From Atractiella rhizophila (Eukaryota), in the NCBI GenBank assembly GCA_021432655.1, contig MU271460.1, positions 1 through 60,886 of the forward strand: DNA of 60,886 nucleotides, given 5' to 3'. Each line of letters opens with the position of its first letter. The first letter of the stretch is position 1. The position numbers were made by a program, and so were the translations under genes. Under the pieces are notes generated by a model. It did not search any database. It was not told the origin of the DNA and worked only from the letters and a program-made list of their open reading frames with translations. Positions 24,421-35,745 of the stretch are shown one piece after another.

Positions 24421-27313
24421 TTACTTCCCTTGTGCCGCCTCCAATCCCTTGGCAACGAAATCCTCCCAAACGGTCAGCTCGTTCATTTCCTTGACCTCAT
24501 GCTTCTTCCCATCGAATCCCATGGCCTTCAAGATGGCCTTTTCCTTAGCGTCCAAATTCTTCAAATCGCTCTCCTCGATACCCAAGACCTTGAGCCACAG
24601 CAAGTGCCACATCATCATGTTGCCAGTGGTGAACAACTTCTCCTCCGGGCCATCGCCATCAGGAGTCCATCGTCCTCCGGTCGGAGTGAGCGTCTCGTTG
24701 AGCTTGAGGGAATGAGCCTCGACTGGCTTCATGTACAATTCGAGCAGGGCATTCGAGATCGCACTTGGGTCAGCAGGAGGGATGATCATCCCGTCTCGTC
24801 CTTCCCTCACTTGTAGAGGGATACCTCCAGCACGGGTCACAACAAGTGGTTTCCCCTATGAACATTCGCAATAATCAACACTCAATCATTGACGAGCGGG
24901 AAGGAAAACGGACGGCATGTAGCGCCTCCGTGACCTTGATCTCAAAACCTTCCTTCGTCGAGACCTGGCAGACAATCCTCGCTCCTCTCATTGCCGCATT
25001 CAAGATGACGTCGGAAGGAGGAGCTCGGACAGGATAGATGTCGTCATAGATTTCTTTGAACGAGGGATCGGACATCTGCTCTTGAAGTTGATGAATGATG
25101 AGGGAGGCATCGGGGTCATCCACAGAGCTATGTCCAGTGAGTAGAAGGAACGGTGGCTTTTCGTCAGGCTTTTGGAACCGCTTATACTTGGCTCTGAACA
25201 GCTTATAGCCCTCGACTAGGTGCGGGATACCCTTTGAAGGGTCGAATCGGGCGATCTGGAGGATGTAAGGTCGCTTCCCTGTTAACATCCAGAGTCAGCC
25301 TAGTCAGCTGAGAAAGAGGACGCAAAGCAATCTCACAATCGATCGTCCTTCCAAAAGCTTGCATTGCCGTCTGATCCAGCGCATACCTGTACGGTCCCAT
25401 GTCGACAAGGGGCTTGTTCAGACCATCGAGCGGGTCAGTCGAAGGGGGCATATAGACGACTGTCATTTCATCCTGGACGACTTTGGGCACGAAGGCTTTG
25501 ACGGGATGGGCGACAAAGAGGTCGGTCGATTTGATGAACCCGAACAAGTAGTCCCAAACCCCATTTTGTGCAGTTCCCGGCTTATCCACCAAGTGGCTTT
25601 CAACTAGAACACGGTCAGGAGAGTGATTTAGAAGGGGGTAAGAACAGACTCTGGATGTGCGAGCGGTAGATAATCTTGGTGTTGGGGCTGTCACGTTTCA
25701 GCAGCGGGATGAGAGCAGTCACTGTTACATACCAACAGCCACATTAGAGTGAGTTTGACAATGGGGAAAGGCAGACGAACGCTGTGGGTCATCAATAACG
25801 ACGAGATCTGCTGCAGGCAGCTTAGCCCAGAATTCGTCGTGATTCCATTCCGTCCACTTGGTGTGCAACTCCATCCTAATCCGGTTGTCAGTTACCCAGT
25901 TCGTAATGAGTACGTAAAGGAGACGAACTCTTCAGGGTAAAGTTGGGTGTCTGGTGGACAGACATTCTGGAGTACGTTGTGGAACTTGCGTTTTGTCTGT
26001 CGGGACAGATATTAATGAGTGCAGCTGGCTGCGAAAGGGAGAGTCGGAACATACAATGTCGAAGACGTGAGAGTCACCCATAGCCACGTACCAACTGGGT
26101 GAGGATGTCCATCATTCAGTCTATACAACACAAGCGATGTGAGACGAACCTCACGTCTACACCGAGCATTTGCCAGACTCTGATTAACGCGTGCCTCATG
26201 AGAGCAACACCACCTGATTTCTCGAGGTCATCAAAAGTCTGGAAGGAGGCGAAAAGAGGACATACCTCCTTGTGGCGTAGCGGAGAAGAAGGCGATCTTC
26301 CTCTTCCTTTCCTTGAGGACCTTGGCTGTGACGAGGATATTGTCCCATAGCTGAGGGCTGGTGATCTTCTTGACGTCGTCGAGAACGAACAATTTGACAA
26401 GACCAGCACAATCAGGCAGCACCTTCCTTTCGCTCGAGAGGCTGATCTTCACCATAGAAGAGGTGAGGGGATGCAATTCGCTGATCGCTCGGGTTATCGC
26501 TCCTCCAGCGGCAGTCTCAAGAGAGAACTGGGGAGTCTGAGACTTCGGGAGGAGGAAGGGGAGCGCATCTGTATCGCATCATAATGCGATAATCAGCTGT
26601 ATTCTTTGGTTTGAACATGTTTGGAGACGAACCTAGTTCGATCCAGATCTTGGAGAAGATATGATCGATCTTGAGAGATGGATCGACTGGACCAGCGATG
26701 CTAAAGATTTCAAGCTATCCCAGGCCATCTTCAATCCATCGAGAAGATCATACAGAAAATGAGAAGAGGGAGAATATGAACCTTATTCCCACGGTTCTCG
26801 CAGTAGGCTTTCGCGCGACTGACGATGTAATCCATCACCTCTTCATGGGCGAGTGTGCAGACATCCTGCTCCAAACCGACCACACCGGTTCCATCTACAG
26901 ATACCCAATCAGTGAGCACCCTCCTTCTTGGACGAGCAGCAAGTAGAAAAGAAGGAGAGGAGACGGACCATGCACGACCAGGGAGTAGCGTACACCCTCT
27001 TCTTCACATTTCAGCGCTAGACCGAAGAAGATGGGCTTCGTGCGCGGTGCACCTGGTCTTTGATGGTGGCCCACTTTAACTCCTGGATTCTTCGATCAAG
27101 GCAAAAACTCACGCTCTTCTCTTCTTGACAAGATGGAGCGAATGTCCCCTTCGTCCAGCCAGAATCAGTTTGGCCATCCGACTTTGAAGAGATTACTATC
27201 ACTTACCATTCGGAAGAAGCACCAGTGTCAGCAGTATGAACAGAGTGTATCGAAAACTTTCTAGTTCCCTTACGTTGTGATCCAGCGGGAGGGTCTACTT
27301 TTGGTTCAGACAT
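24421..27313 (-). CDS. Trehalose phosphorylase / trehalose synthase (GT4 glycosyltransferase, CCG-9-like), full-length copy
   Basis: IAFFSATPQGG/GVALMRHALIR, TKRKFHNVLQ, IDDPQ, YRSHIQ, PSTDPLDGLNKP, QIARFDPSKGIP, HSSVDDPDA, STKEGFEIKVTEALH and AGGIPLQV; ATG 27313. Confidence 0.92.
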
Positions 27314-29558
27314 GTTCTACAGAGGTATTTTGTGAAAATTTGAGAGCTTTCTGTGAAGATGGTGGATGGTTGGCGATGCAGAGATGGCGCAGGGCTTTTT
27401 ATACTCGAGCGACGTCAATTGAATCTTGACAGCTTCTTGAGGGCGGGGACAACTTGGAAATAACGAGAATGCATTCGGGCGCCAGACGTTCTTCTTATCG
27501 CAATTCACTCAAACCAGATCCATGCTCCTCTCCATCTATACCTCCATGCATAAGTAGTCCCAAACCCCATTTTGTGCAGTTCCCGGCTTATCCACCAAGT
27601 GGCTTTCAACTAGAACACGGTCAGGAGAGTGATTTAGAAGGGGGTAAGAACAGACTCTGGATGTGCGAGCGGTAGATAATCTTGGTGTTGGGGCTGTCAC
27701 GTTTCAGCAGCGGGATGAGAGCAGTCACTGTTACATACCAACAGCCACATTAGAGTGAGTTTGACAATGGGGAAAGGCAGACGAACGCTGTGGGTCATCA
27801 ATAACGACGAGATCTGCTGCAGGCAGCTTAGCCCAGAATTCGTCGTGATTCCATTCCGTCCACTTGGTGTGCAACTCCATCCTAATCCGTTGATCAGTTA
27901 TCCAGTTTGTAATGAGTACGTAAGGGAAGACTAACTCTTCAGGGTAAAGTTGGGTGTCTGGTGGACAGACATTTTGGAGTACGTTGTGGAACTTGCGTTT
28001 TGTCTGTCGGGACAGATATTAATGAGTGCAGCTGGCTGCGAAAGGGAGAGTCGGAACATACAATGTCGAAGACGTGAGAGTCACCCATAGCCACGTACCA
28101 ACTGGGTGAGGATGTCCATCATTCAGTCTATACAACACAAGCGATGTGAGACGAACCTCACGTCTACACCGAGCATTTGCCAGACTCTGATTAACGCGTG
28201 CCTCATGAGAGCAACACCACCTGATTTCTCGAGGTCATCAAAAGTCTGGAAGGAAGCGAAAAAGGGACATACCTCCTTGTGGGGTGGCGGAGAAGAAGGC
28301 AATCTTCCTCTTTCTTTCCTTGAGGACCTTGGATGTGACGAGGATATTGTCCCATAGCTGAGGGCTGGTGATCTTCTTGACGTCGTCGAGAACGAACAAT
28401 TTGACAAGACCAGCACAATCAGGCAGCACCTTCCTTTCGCTCGAGAGGCTGATCTTCACCATGGAAGAGGTGAGGGGATGCAATTCGCTGATCGCTCGGG
28501 TTATCGCTCCTCCAGCGGCAGTCTCAAGAGAGAACTGGGGAGTCTGAGACTTCGGGAGGAGGAAGGGGAGCGCATCTGTGTCGCATCATAATGCGATAAT
28601 CAGCTGTATTCTTTGGTTTGAACATGTTTGGAGACGAACCTAGTTCGATCCAGATCTTGGAGAAGATATGATCGATCTTGAGAGATGGATCGACTGGACC
28701 AGCGATGCTAAAGATTTCAAGCTATCCCAGGCCATCTTCAATCCATCGAGAAGATCATACAGAAAATGAGGAGAGGGAGAATATGAACCTTATTCCCACG
28801 GTTCTCGCAGTAGGCTTTCGCGCGACTGACGATGTAATCCATCACCTCTTCATGGGCGAGTGTGCAGACATCCTGCTCCAAACCGACCACACCGGTTCCA
28901 TCTACAGATACCCAATCAGTGAGCACCCTCCTTCTTGGACGAGCAGCAAGTAGAAAAGAAGGAGAGGAGACGGACCATGCACGACCAGGGAGTAGCGTAC
29001 ACCCTCTTCTTCACATTTCAGCGCTAGACCGAAGAAGATGGGCTTCGTGCGCGGTGCACCTGGTCTTTGATGGTGGCCCACTTTAACTCCTGGATTCTTC
29101 GATCAAGGCAAAAACTCACGCTCTTCTCTTCTTGACAAGATGGAGCGAATGTCCCCTTCGTCCAGCCAGAATCAGTTTGGCCATCCGACTTTGAAGAGAT
29201 TACTATCACTTACCATTCGGAAGAAGCACCAGTGTCAGCAGTATGAACAGAGTGTATCGAAAACTTTCTAGTTCCCTTACGTTGTGATCCAGCGGGAGGG
29301 TCTACTTTTGGTTCAGACATGTTCTACAGAGGTATTTTGTGAAAATTTGAGAGCTTTCTGTGAAGATGGTGGATGGTTGGCGATGCAGAGATGGCGCAGG
29401 GCTTTTTATACTCGAGCGACGTCAATTGAATCTTGACAGCTTCTTGAGGGCGGGGACAACTTGGAAATAACGAGAATGCATTCGGGCGCCAGACGTTCTT
29501 CTTATCGCAATTCACTCAAACCAGATCCATGCTCCTCTCCATCTATACCTCCATGCAT
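25546..29558. repeat. Direct tandem duplication A, ~2006-2007 bp units (25546-27551 and 27552-29558)
   Basis: Identical ORF-track peptides offset by 2007 nt; junction ...ccatgcat|aagtagtccc... at 27551/27552. Confidence 0.97.
27552..29320 (-). pseudogene. 5' portion of trehalose phosphorylase (second copy), 3'-truncated at the duplication junction
   Basis: Same exons as 25546-27313; after GVWDYL the frame runs into promoter sequence and stops. Confidence 0.8.
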
Positions 29559-29726
29559 CCAGCATTGCACCTCAGAGCCTGCCATCAACTTGAACTTCAC
29601 CAGCCTCAAAACATTGCGTCATCGTAGGTACTAGTAGATAAGGCATCTAGTAAGGTGAAGTCAGTAAAGTTATCAGATCGCCTTCTTTCCACACAAAGCA
29701 ACGATAAACGACGGTAAATTCACTTC

Positions 29727-30026
29727 AGGGTCAGCAACAGCAAAGTAAAGCCAAACTGGACGCGGCATAGTAAACTCAGTAGTAAACTCATACTCATACC
29801 TTGCTAACACTACCCTACGACTGGACAGGTGTCCTGCACTGTTGCCAAACCACTCCTGAACAAATCGCCAAACAAGCGAACACCATCCGCGTCCAAACCT
29901 CCGACCCATCTACCACGGCCGCCCATAAAGAGCCAGCTAAGTGTACGACGGAACTGGAACTTGAAGAGTTGGAGCTGCGATGCCGCAGGTAACGATCCAT
30001 AACAAGACCAAGAAGGTCTTGAACAT
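29727..30026 (-). CDS. Possible small secreted peptide gene (splicing unresolved); second copy at about 33038-33328
   Basis: ATG 30026 gives MFKTFLVLLWIVTCGIA-APTLQVP, a textbook signal peptide, followed by candidate GT..AG introns. Confidence 0.3.
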
Positions 30027-30542
30027 CGCTTTCTCGCAAGGTGGGTCCTCTACCCAGTATTTTGCAACATCCGCGCTTCAGCCTAAACAGTCTTTCAATC
30101 TAAATCAAAGGTTTGACTGGTTATGATGCATTACTGGCTCTATGAAATTGGGCTCGTGTTCTTCTGCCACCAGCAGGCTTGAACTCTCCATCGCTTGCGA
30201 GCGCTTGTGCCGAGAATGGTGTGTTAAAGCGGCAATGCTGCCAGCTGTCGGTGGAATCACATCTACTCCTATCCTTACTTCAACTTAGTTTCCCTTTGAC
30301 TCTGTCGTTCTGTGAGTGCGACGTTAAAGCTGCAACAGCTGCTGCTTTTGCTGTTTTTTTCTTTGTAGGAGGAATGAGCATGCGGCCAGCTCTTAATGCC
30401 AATCATTTAAAGAAATTAGAAGCAACAATTAGGCTTCACATGCTTCGTGGTGGAAAACGCTCTTTGCACCAAATACCATTCAATGCTCAACAATCCATCG
30501 ACGATAATGTTTGGACCCTACTCTGACATGTGGCTTCATAGT

Positions 30543-32292
30543 TTGCCCACTCTATCATGAGAACTCCGTGGGACCAACCGAAAACCTAGTGCGCAACGTT
30601 GGCTCGGTCTGGTTCACGATAGAATGTAAGTCTCCTACGCTTTCCTTCCTGCCCTCAAAGGTGTCTGCGCTAATGGCTTCGTAGGCAAAGTGGATAATGG
30701 TTCGAATCGTTACTCGGTCGCTGAGAGTACCAAGTCGATAGCGCTCGTTTGCACTGCTTCCCTCTCAGTCGCTGCTTTGGCCTTCTCTGCTGCCCTCCCA
30801 ACTGCCGCCATTGGCGGAGCGACGTTGGGAGCGAAGGCGGCGTTTTGGGCTTTCCAAGGAGCAACCCGCCTTGCTCCCATCCTTTGGCCAGCCGCCATTA
30901 AGCAAATTTGTAAGGATCATGGCATCGATGCAGACACCACAGACTCGGTAAGTCTCTTCTTTCACTATGTCGATGACAAGGAATTGAACCCAATAGGCAG
31001 ATCGTGAATAGCGTCACTAGCGCGGCTGGAGCTGCTATCGTCTACACCAACTCCCAGAGGGACAACGTTATGACTCCGGGGGAGAAGGAAAGGCAGGAGA
31101 AGGTGCTAGAACAAGCTAGAAATAAATTTCGTAGCGCAGTCAAGGCTTTGACTGCCATTGGCGGCATGGAAACCTTGAAACGAATCGTCAACGATGATCG
31201 CCCCATCGTTACTGAGAACCATTCCATTCCAGATGGACACACGCCAACAACGGATGGAAAGGCAAAAGGGAAAGGGAAAGAGTCTGTTCGAACACCTTTG
31301 AGTCCAGAAGAGAGAAGGAAGATGGAGATTGAGGAGATTCAGAGGCGATGGAAGGAGGTAGAAGAGCAGGCTGTGAAGGATAAAGAAAGGAGAAATCAGG
31401 AGAGATTGAAGAGGGCTCAGGAAGAGTCAGAAAGGAAGAAAGGGAAAAGGAAGATAAGGAAAGAGAAAAGGCTGAGAGGAAGAAACGGAAGGAAGAGGCT
31501 AGATCTCAAACGAGCGCTCCTTCCTCCTACATTGCCAAGCCGCCTCCCTATTCTTCCGCCAGTCATGCCAGATCGTCCACATCTATCCTCAACTCTCCAG
31601 CTCCGTCGTCTGTTTCTGCTGTGGATACTTATCCTGTGCTCAAAAAGAAGAAGACCATGTTCAAAATGTCACTTTCTTCTCCAAGCGCGAAAACGTGGCG
31701 TCCTACGAACAGAGGCTATGGCACATCGTCGACAGTCCCCTCTCACATCTTTCTATCTCAGCCATCTTCATCTCCAGTTCCATCGAGCACGACGAATGCG
31801 CAACCTCTTCGTTCCTTCACAATTTCGAAGCCGCGAACAACGCCTCCTGAAGAGATCTCCATTTCCGCTGAGGAAGCTTTAGACTGGGCTGAATTCGAGC
31901 TTTCCGAGATCAACGAAGCGAGAGTCGCCTCCGGCAGCCAACCACTTCCTCCAAAACCTGAACCTCCCGCCGAAGCACAGGAAGAAGGAGAGGAAGAGAA
32001 GCGGTTCAAAGCGGCAGATATAGCCGCTTTTGCTTCTGCGTTCATTGCGAAAACTTCGTCGAGGATGAACTTCAAACGAAACATCAGCCGTTATCCGAAA
32101 GAGGAGGAGATGCCAATTACAGCACCTCAGGCTCAGCCGTCTTTAGAGGTAATCAGTCAAGTCCCTGACAATGCTGAGTTACGAGTCTATTGCGTCTATA
32201 TGGGTTGGGGAAAGGAGAGGGTGTTTTCCATTCGTGAGAAAGGGACCGTGTTCGCCTTGTGGGACGATTTGAAGGATGAAGAGATCTGTTGA
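30543..32292 (+). pseudogene. Copy 1 of orphan coiled-coil protein gene, frameshifted
   Basis: Nearly identical to 33840-35591, but one A is missing in an A-run at about 31440 (gaagaaaggg versus gaagaaaaggg), splitting the ORF. Confidence 0.7.
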
Positions 32293-32446
32293 GAATTTTC
32301 TCCTTCTGAGTACAGTGTAACAACAACTGCAACTGCTGAAACTGAACACTGCATAGCATGTATTTGATTGTTTGTACTTCTACGAATACTACGAGCACCC
32401 CATGAAACATCTACTTTCGTTCTTTCATCTAACGCTACCTTCGGGA

Positions 32447-33037
32447 TCATTCGAAATGCCCATTCTTGAAGAAACCATCCACCATCTCCTGACTTCTAAT
32501 TGAAATAACGCTCAATAATGTATCACTAATGCCATGAGTCGCTTGATTGCTACCCTGCAGCCAAACGGTGGGTTTGAACGTCCCTCTCCTGCCCCGATAC
32601 TGGAAATGTCGAGGTATCAGGAGTTGGTAGTTCCGGGACACCTTCCAATCGCGCTCCGTTGGAGAAGGTGACACCCTTTTACTCTCTTCAGCAGCAAATG
32701 AAGAGGGGGTTGTTATGTTTGTGAGATGGGACTGAGAGAGAAGCCGTTCGTCTTCATCAGAATCGCCAGCAGCTGAGTTCCGCGAGCTCGATGAACTCGA
32801 ACTCGGAGTAGGAGAGATTTCGCTCGTTTGGATTGGTTCGATGAATTGAGGGAAAATCTCGGAGAGTCCAACCTCCATCACTGCTTTCTCCTCTGTGACC
32901 TCGAAAGCAGGAACCTCCAGTCCAAGGACACCCTTCCATCCATCCCTCTTGTACCCCGTCCCAAGAAAGACAGCATCATATTCTATCCGTTCCTCAGCAT
33001 TGGTGAAGAGACTGTTGTGAATATCAAAAATGAGAGA
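32447..33037 (-). pseudogene. 3' fragment of ornithine monooxygenase created by duplication B
   Basis: SLIFDIHNS...YDAVFLGTGYKR...WLQGSNQATHGISDTLLSVISIRSQEMV; lacks all upstream exons. Confidence 0.85.
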
Positions 33038-33839
33038 AACAGCAAAGTAAAGCCAAACTGGACGCGGCATAGTAAACTCAGTAGTAAACTCATGCTCATA
33101 CCTTGCTAACACTACCCTACGACTGGACAGGTGTCCTGCACTGTTGCCAAACCACTCCTGAACAAATCGCCAAACAAGCGAACACCATCCGCGTCCAAAC
33201 CTCCGACCCATCTACCACGGCCGCCCATAAAGAGCCAGCTAAGTGTACGACGGAACTGGAACTTGAAGAGTTGGAGCTGCGATGCCGCAGGTAACGATCC
33301 ATAACAAGACCAAGAAGGTCTTGAACATCGCTTTCTCGCAAGGTGGGTCCTCTACCCAGTATTTTGCAACATCCGCGCTTCAGCCTAAACAGTCTTTCAA
33401 TCTAAATCAAAGGTTTGACTGGTTATGATGCATTACTGGCTCTATGAAATTGGGCTTGTGTTCTTCTGCCACCAGCAGGCTTGAAATCTCCATCGCTTGC
33501 GAGCGCTTGTGCCGAGAATGGTGTGTTAAAGCGGCAATGCTGCCAGCTGTCGGTGAATCACATCTACTCCTATCCCTACTTCAAGTTTCCCTGTGACTCT
33601 GTCGTTCTGTGAGTGCGACGTTAAAGCTGCAACAGCTGCTGCTTTTGCTGTTTTTTTCTTTGTAGGAGGAATGAGCATGCGGCCAGCTCTTAATGCCAAT
33701 CATTTAAAGAAATTAGAAGCAACAATTAGGCTTCACATGCTTCGTGGTGGAAAACGCTCTTTGCACCAAATACCATTCAATGCTCAACAATCCATCGACG
33801 ATAATGTTTGGACCCTACTCTGACATGTGGCTTCATAGT

Positions 33840-35591
33840 TTGCCCACTCTATCATGAGAACTCCGTGGGACCAACCGAAAACCTAGTGCGCAACGTTGGC
33901 TCGGTCTGGTTCACGATAGAATGTAAGTCTCCTACGCTTTCCTTCCTGCCCTCAAAGGTGTCTGCGCTAATGGCTTCGTAGGCAAAGTGGATAATGGTTC
34001 GAATCGTTACTCGGTCGCTGAGAGTACCAAGTCGATAGCGCTCGTTTGCACTGCTTCCCTCTCAGTCGCTGCTTTGGCCTTCTCTGCTGCCCTCCCAACT
34101 GCCGCCATTGGCGGAGCGACGTTGGGAGCGAAGGCGGCGTTTTGGGCTTTCCAAGGAGCAACCCGCCTTGCTCCCATCCTTTGGCCAGCCGCCATTAAGC
34201 AAATTTGTAAGGATCATGGCATCGATGCAGACACCACAGACTCGGTATTTTCTCTTCTTTCACTTGTCGTTTACAAGGAATTGAATTTTTATCTGCAGAT
34301 CGTGAATAGTGTCACTAGCGCGGCTGGAGCTGCTATCGTCTACACAAACTCACAGAGGGACAACGTTATGACTCCGGGGGAGAAGGAAAGGCAGGAGAAG
34401 GTGCTCGAACAGGCTAGAAATAAATTTCGTAGCGCAGTCAAGGCTTTGACTGCCATTGGCGGCATGGAAACCCTGAAACGAATCGTCAATGATGATCGCC
34501 CCATCGTTACGGAGAACCATTCCATTCCAGATGGACACACGCCAACAACGGATGGAAAGGCAAAAGGGAAAGGGAAAGAGTCTGTTCGAATACCTTTGAG
34601 TCCGGAAGAGAGAAGGAAGATGGAGATTGAGGAGATTCAAAGGCGATGGAAGGAGGTAGAAGAGCAGGCTGTGAAGGATAAAGAAAGGAGAAATCAGGAG
34701 AGATTGAAGAGGGCTCAGGAAGAGTCAGAAAGGAAGAAAAGGGAAAAGGAAGATAAGGAAAGAGAAAAGGCTGAGAGGAAGAAACGGAAGGAAGAGGCTA
34801 GATCTCAAACGAGCGCTCCTTCCTCCTACATTGCCAAGCCGCCTCCCTATTCTTCCGCCAGTCATGCCAGATCGTCCACATCTATCCTCAACTCTCCAGC
34901 TCCATCGTCTGTTTCTGCTGTGGATACTTATCCTGTGCTCAAAAAGAAGAAGACCATGTTCAAAATGTCACTTTCTTCTCCGAGCGCGAAAACATGGCGT
35001 CCTACGAACAGAGGCTATGGCACATCTTCGACAGTTCCCTCTCACATCTTTCTATCTCAGCCATCTTCATCTCCACTTCCATCGAGCACGACGAATGCGC
35101 AACCTCTTCGTTCCTCCACAATTTCGAAGCCGCGAACAACGCCTCCTGAAGAGATCTCCATTTCCGCTGAGGAAGCTTTAGACTGGGCTGAATTCGAGCT
35201 TTCCGAGATCAACGAAGCGAGAGTCGCCTCCGGCAGCCAACCACTTCCTCCAAAACCTGAACCTCCCGCCGAAGCACAGGAAGAAGGAGAGGAAGAGAAG
35301 CGGTTCAAAGCGGCAGATATAGCCGCTTTTGCTTCTGCGTTCATTGCGAAAACTTCGTCGAGGATGAACTTCAAACGAAACATCAGCCGTTATCCGAAAG
35401 AGGAGGAGATGCCAATTACAGCACCTCAGGCTCAGCCGTCTTTAGAGGTAATCAGTCAAGTCCCTGACAATGCTGAGTTACGAGTCTATTGCGTCTATAT
35501 GGGTTGGGGAAAGGAGAGGGTGTTTTCCATTCGTGAGAAAGGGACCGTGTTCGCCTTGTGGGACGATTTGAAGGATGAAGAGATCTGTTGA
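33840..35591 (+). CDS. Hypothetical protein: hydrophobic Ala/Gly helix, charged coiled coil, Ser/Pro-rich region; 5' exon(s) unresolved
   Basis: 534-aa ORF, extended upstream by an exon CPLYHENSVGPTENLVRNVGSVWFTIE spliced through a gtaagt..ctaat..tag intron. Differences between the two copies concentrate in the intron and synonymous sites. Confidence 0.7.
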
Positions 35592-35745
35592 GAATTTTCT
35601 CCTTCTGAGTACAGTGTAACAACAACTGCAACTGCTGAAACTGAACACTGCATAGCATGTATTTGATTGTTTGTACTTCTACGAATACTACGAGCACCCC
35701 ATGAAACATCTACTTTCGTTCTTTCATCTAACGCTACCTTCGGGA

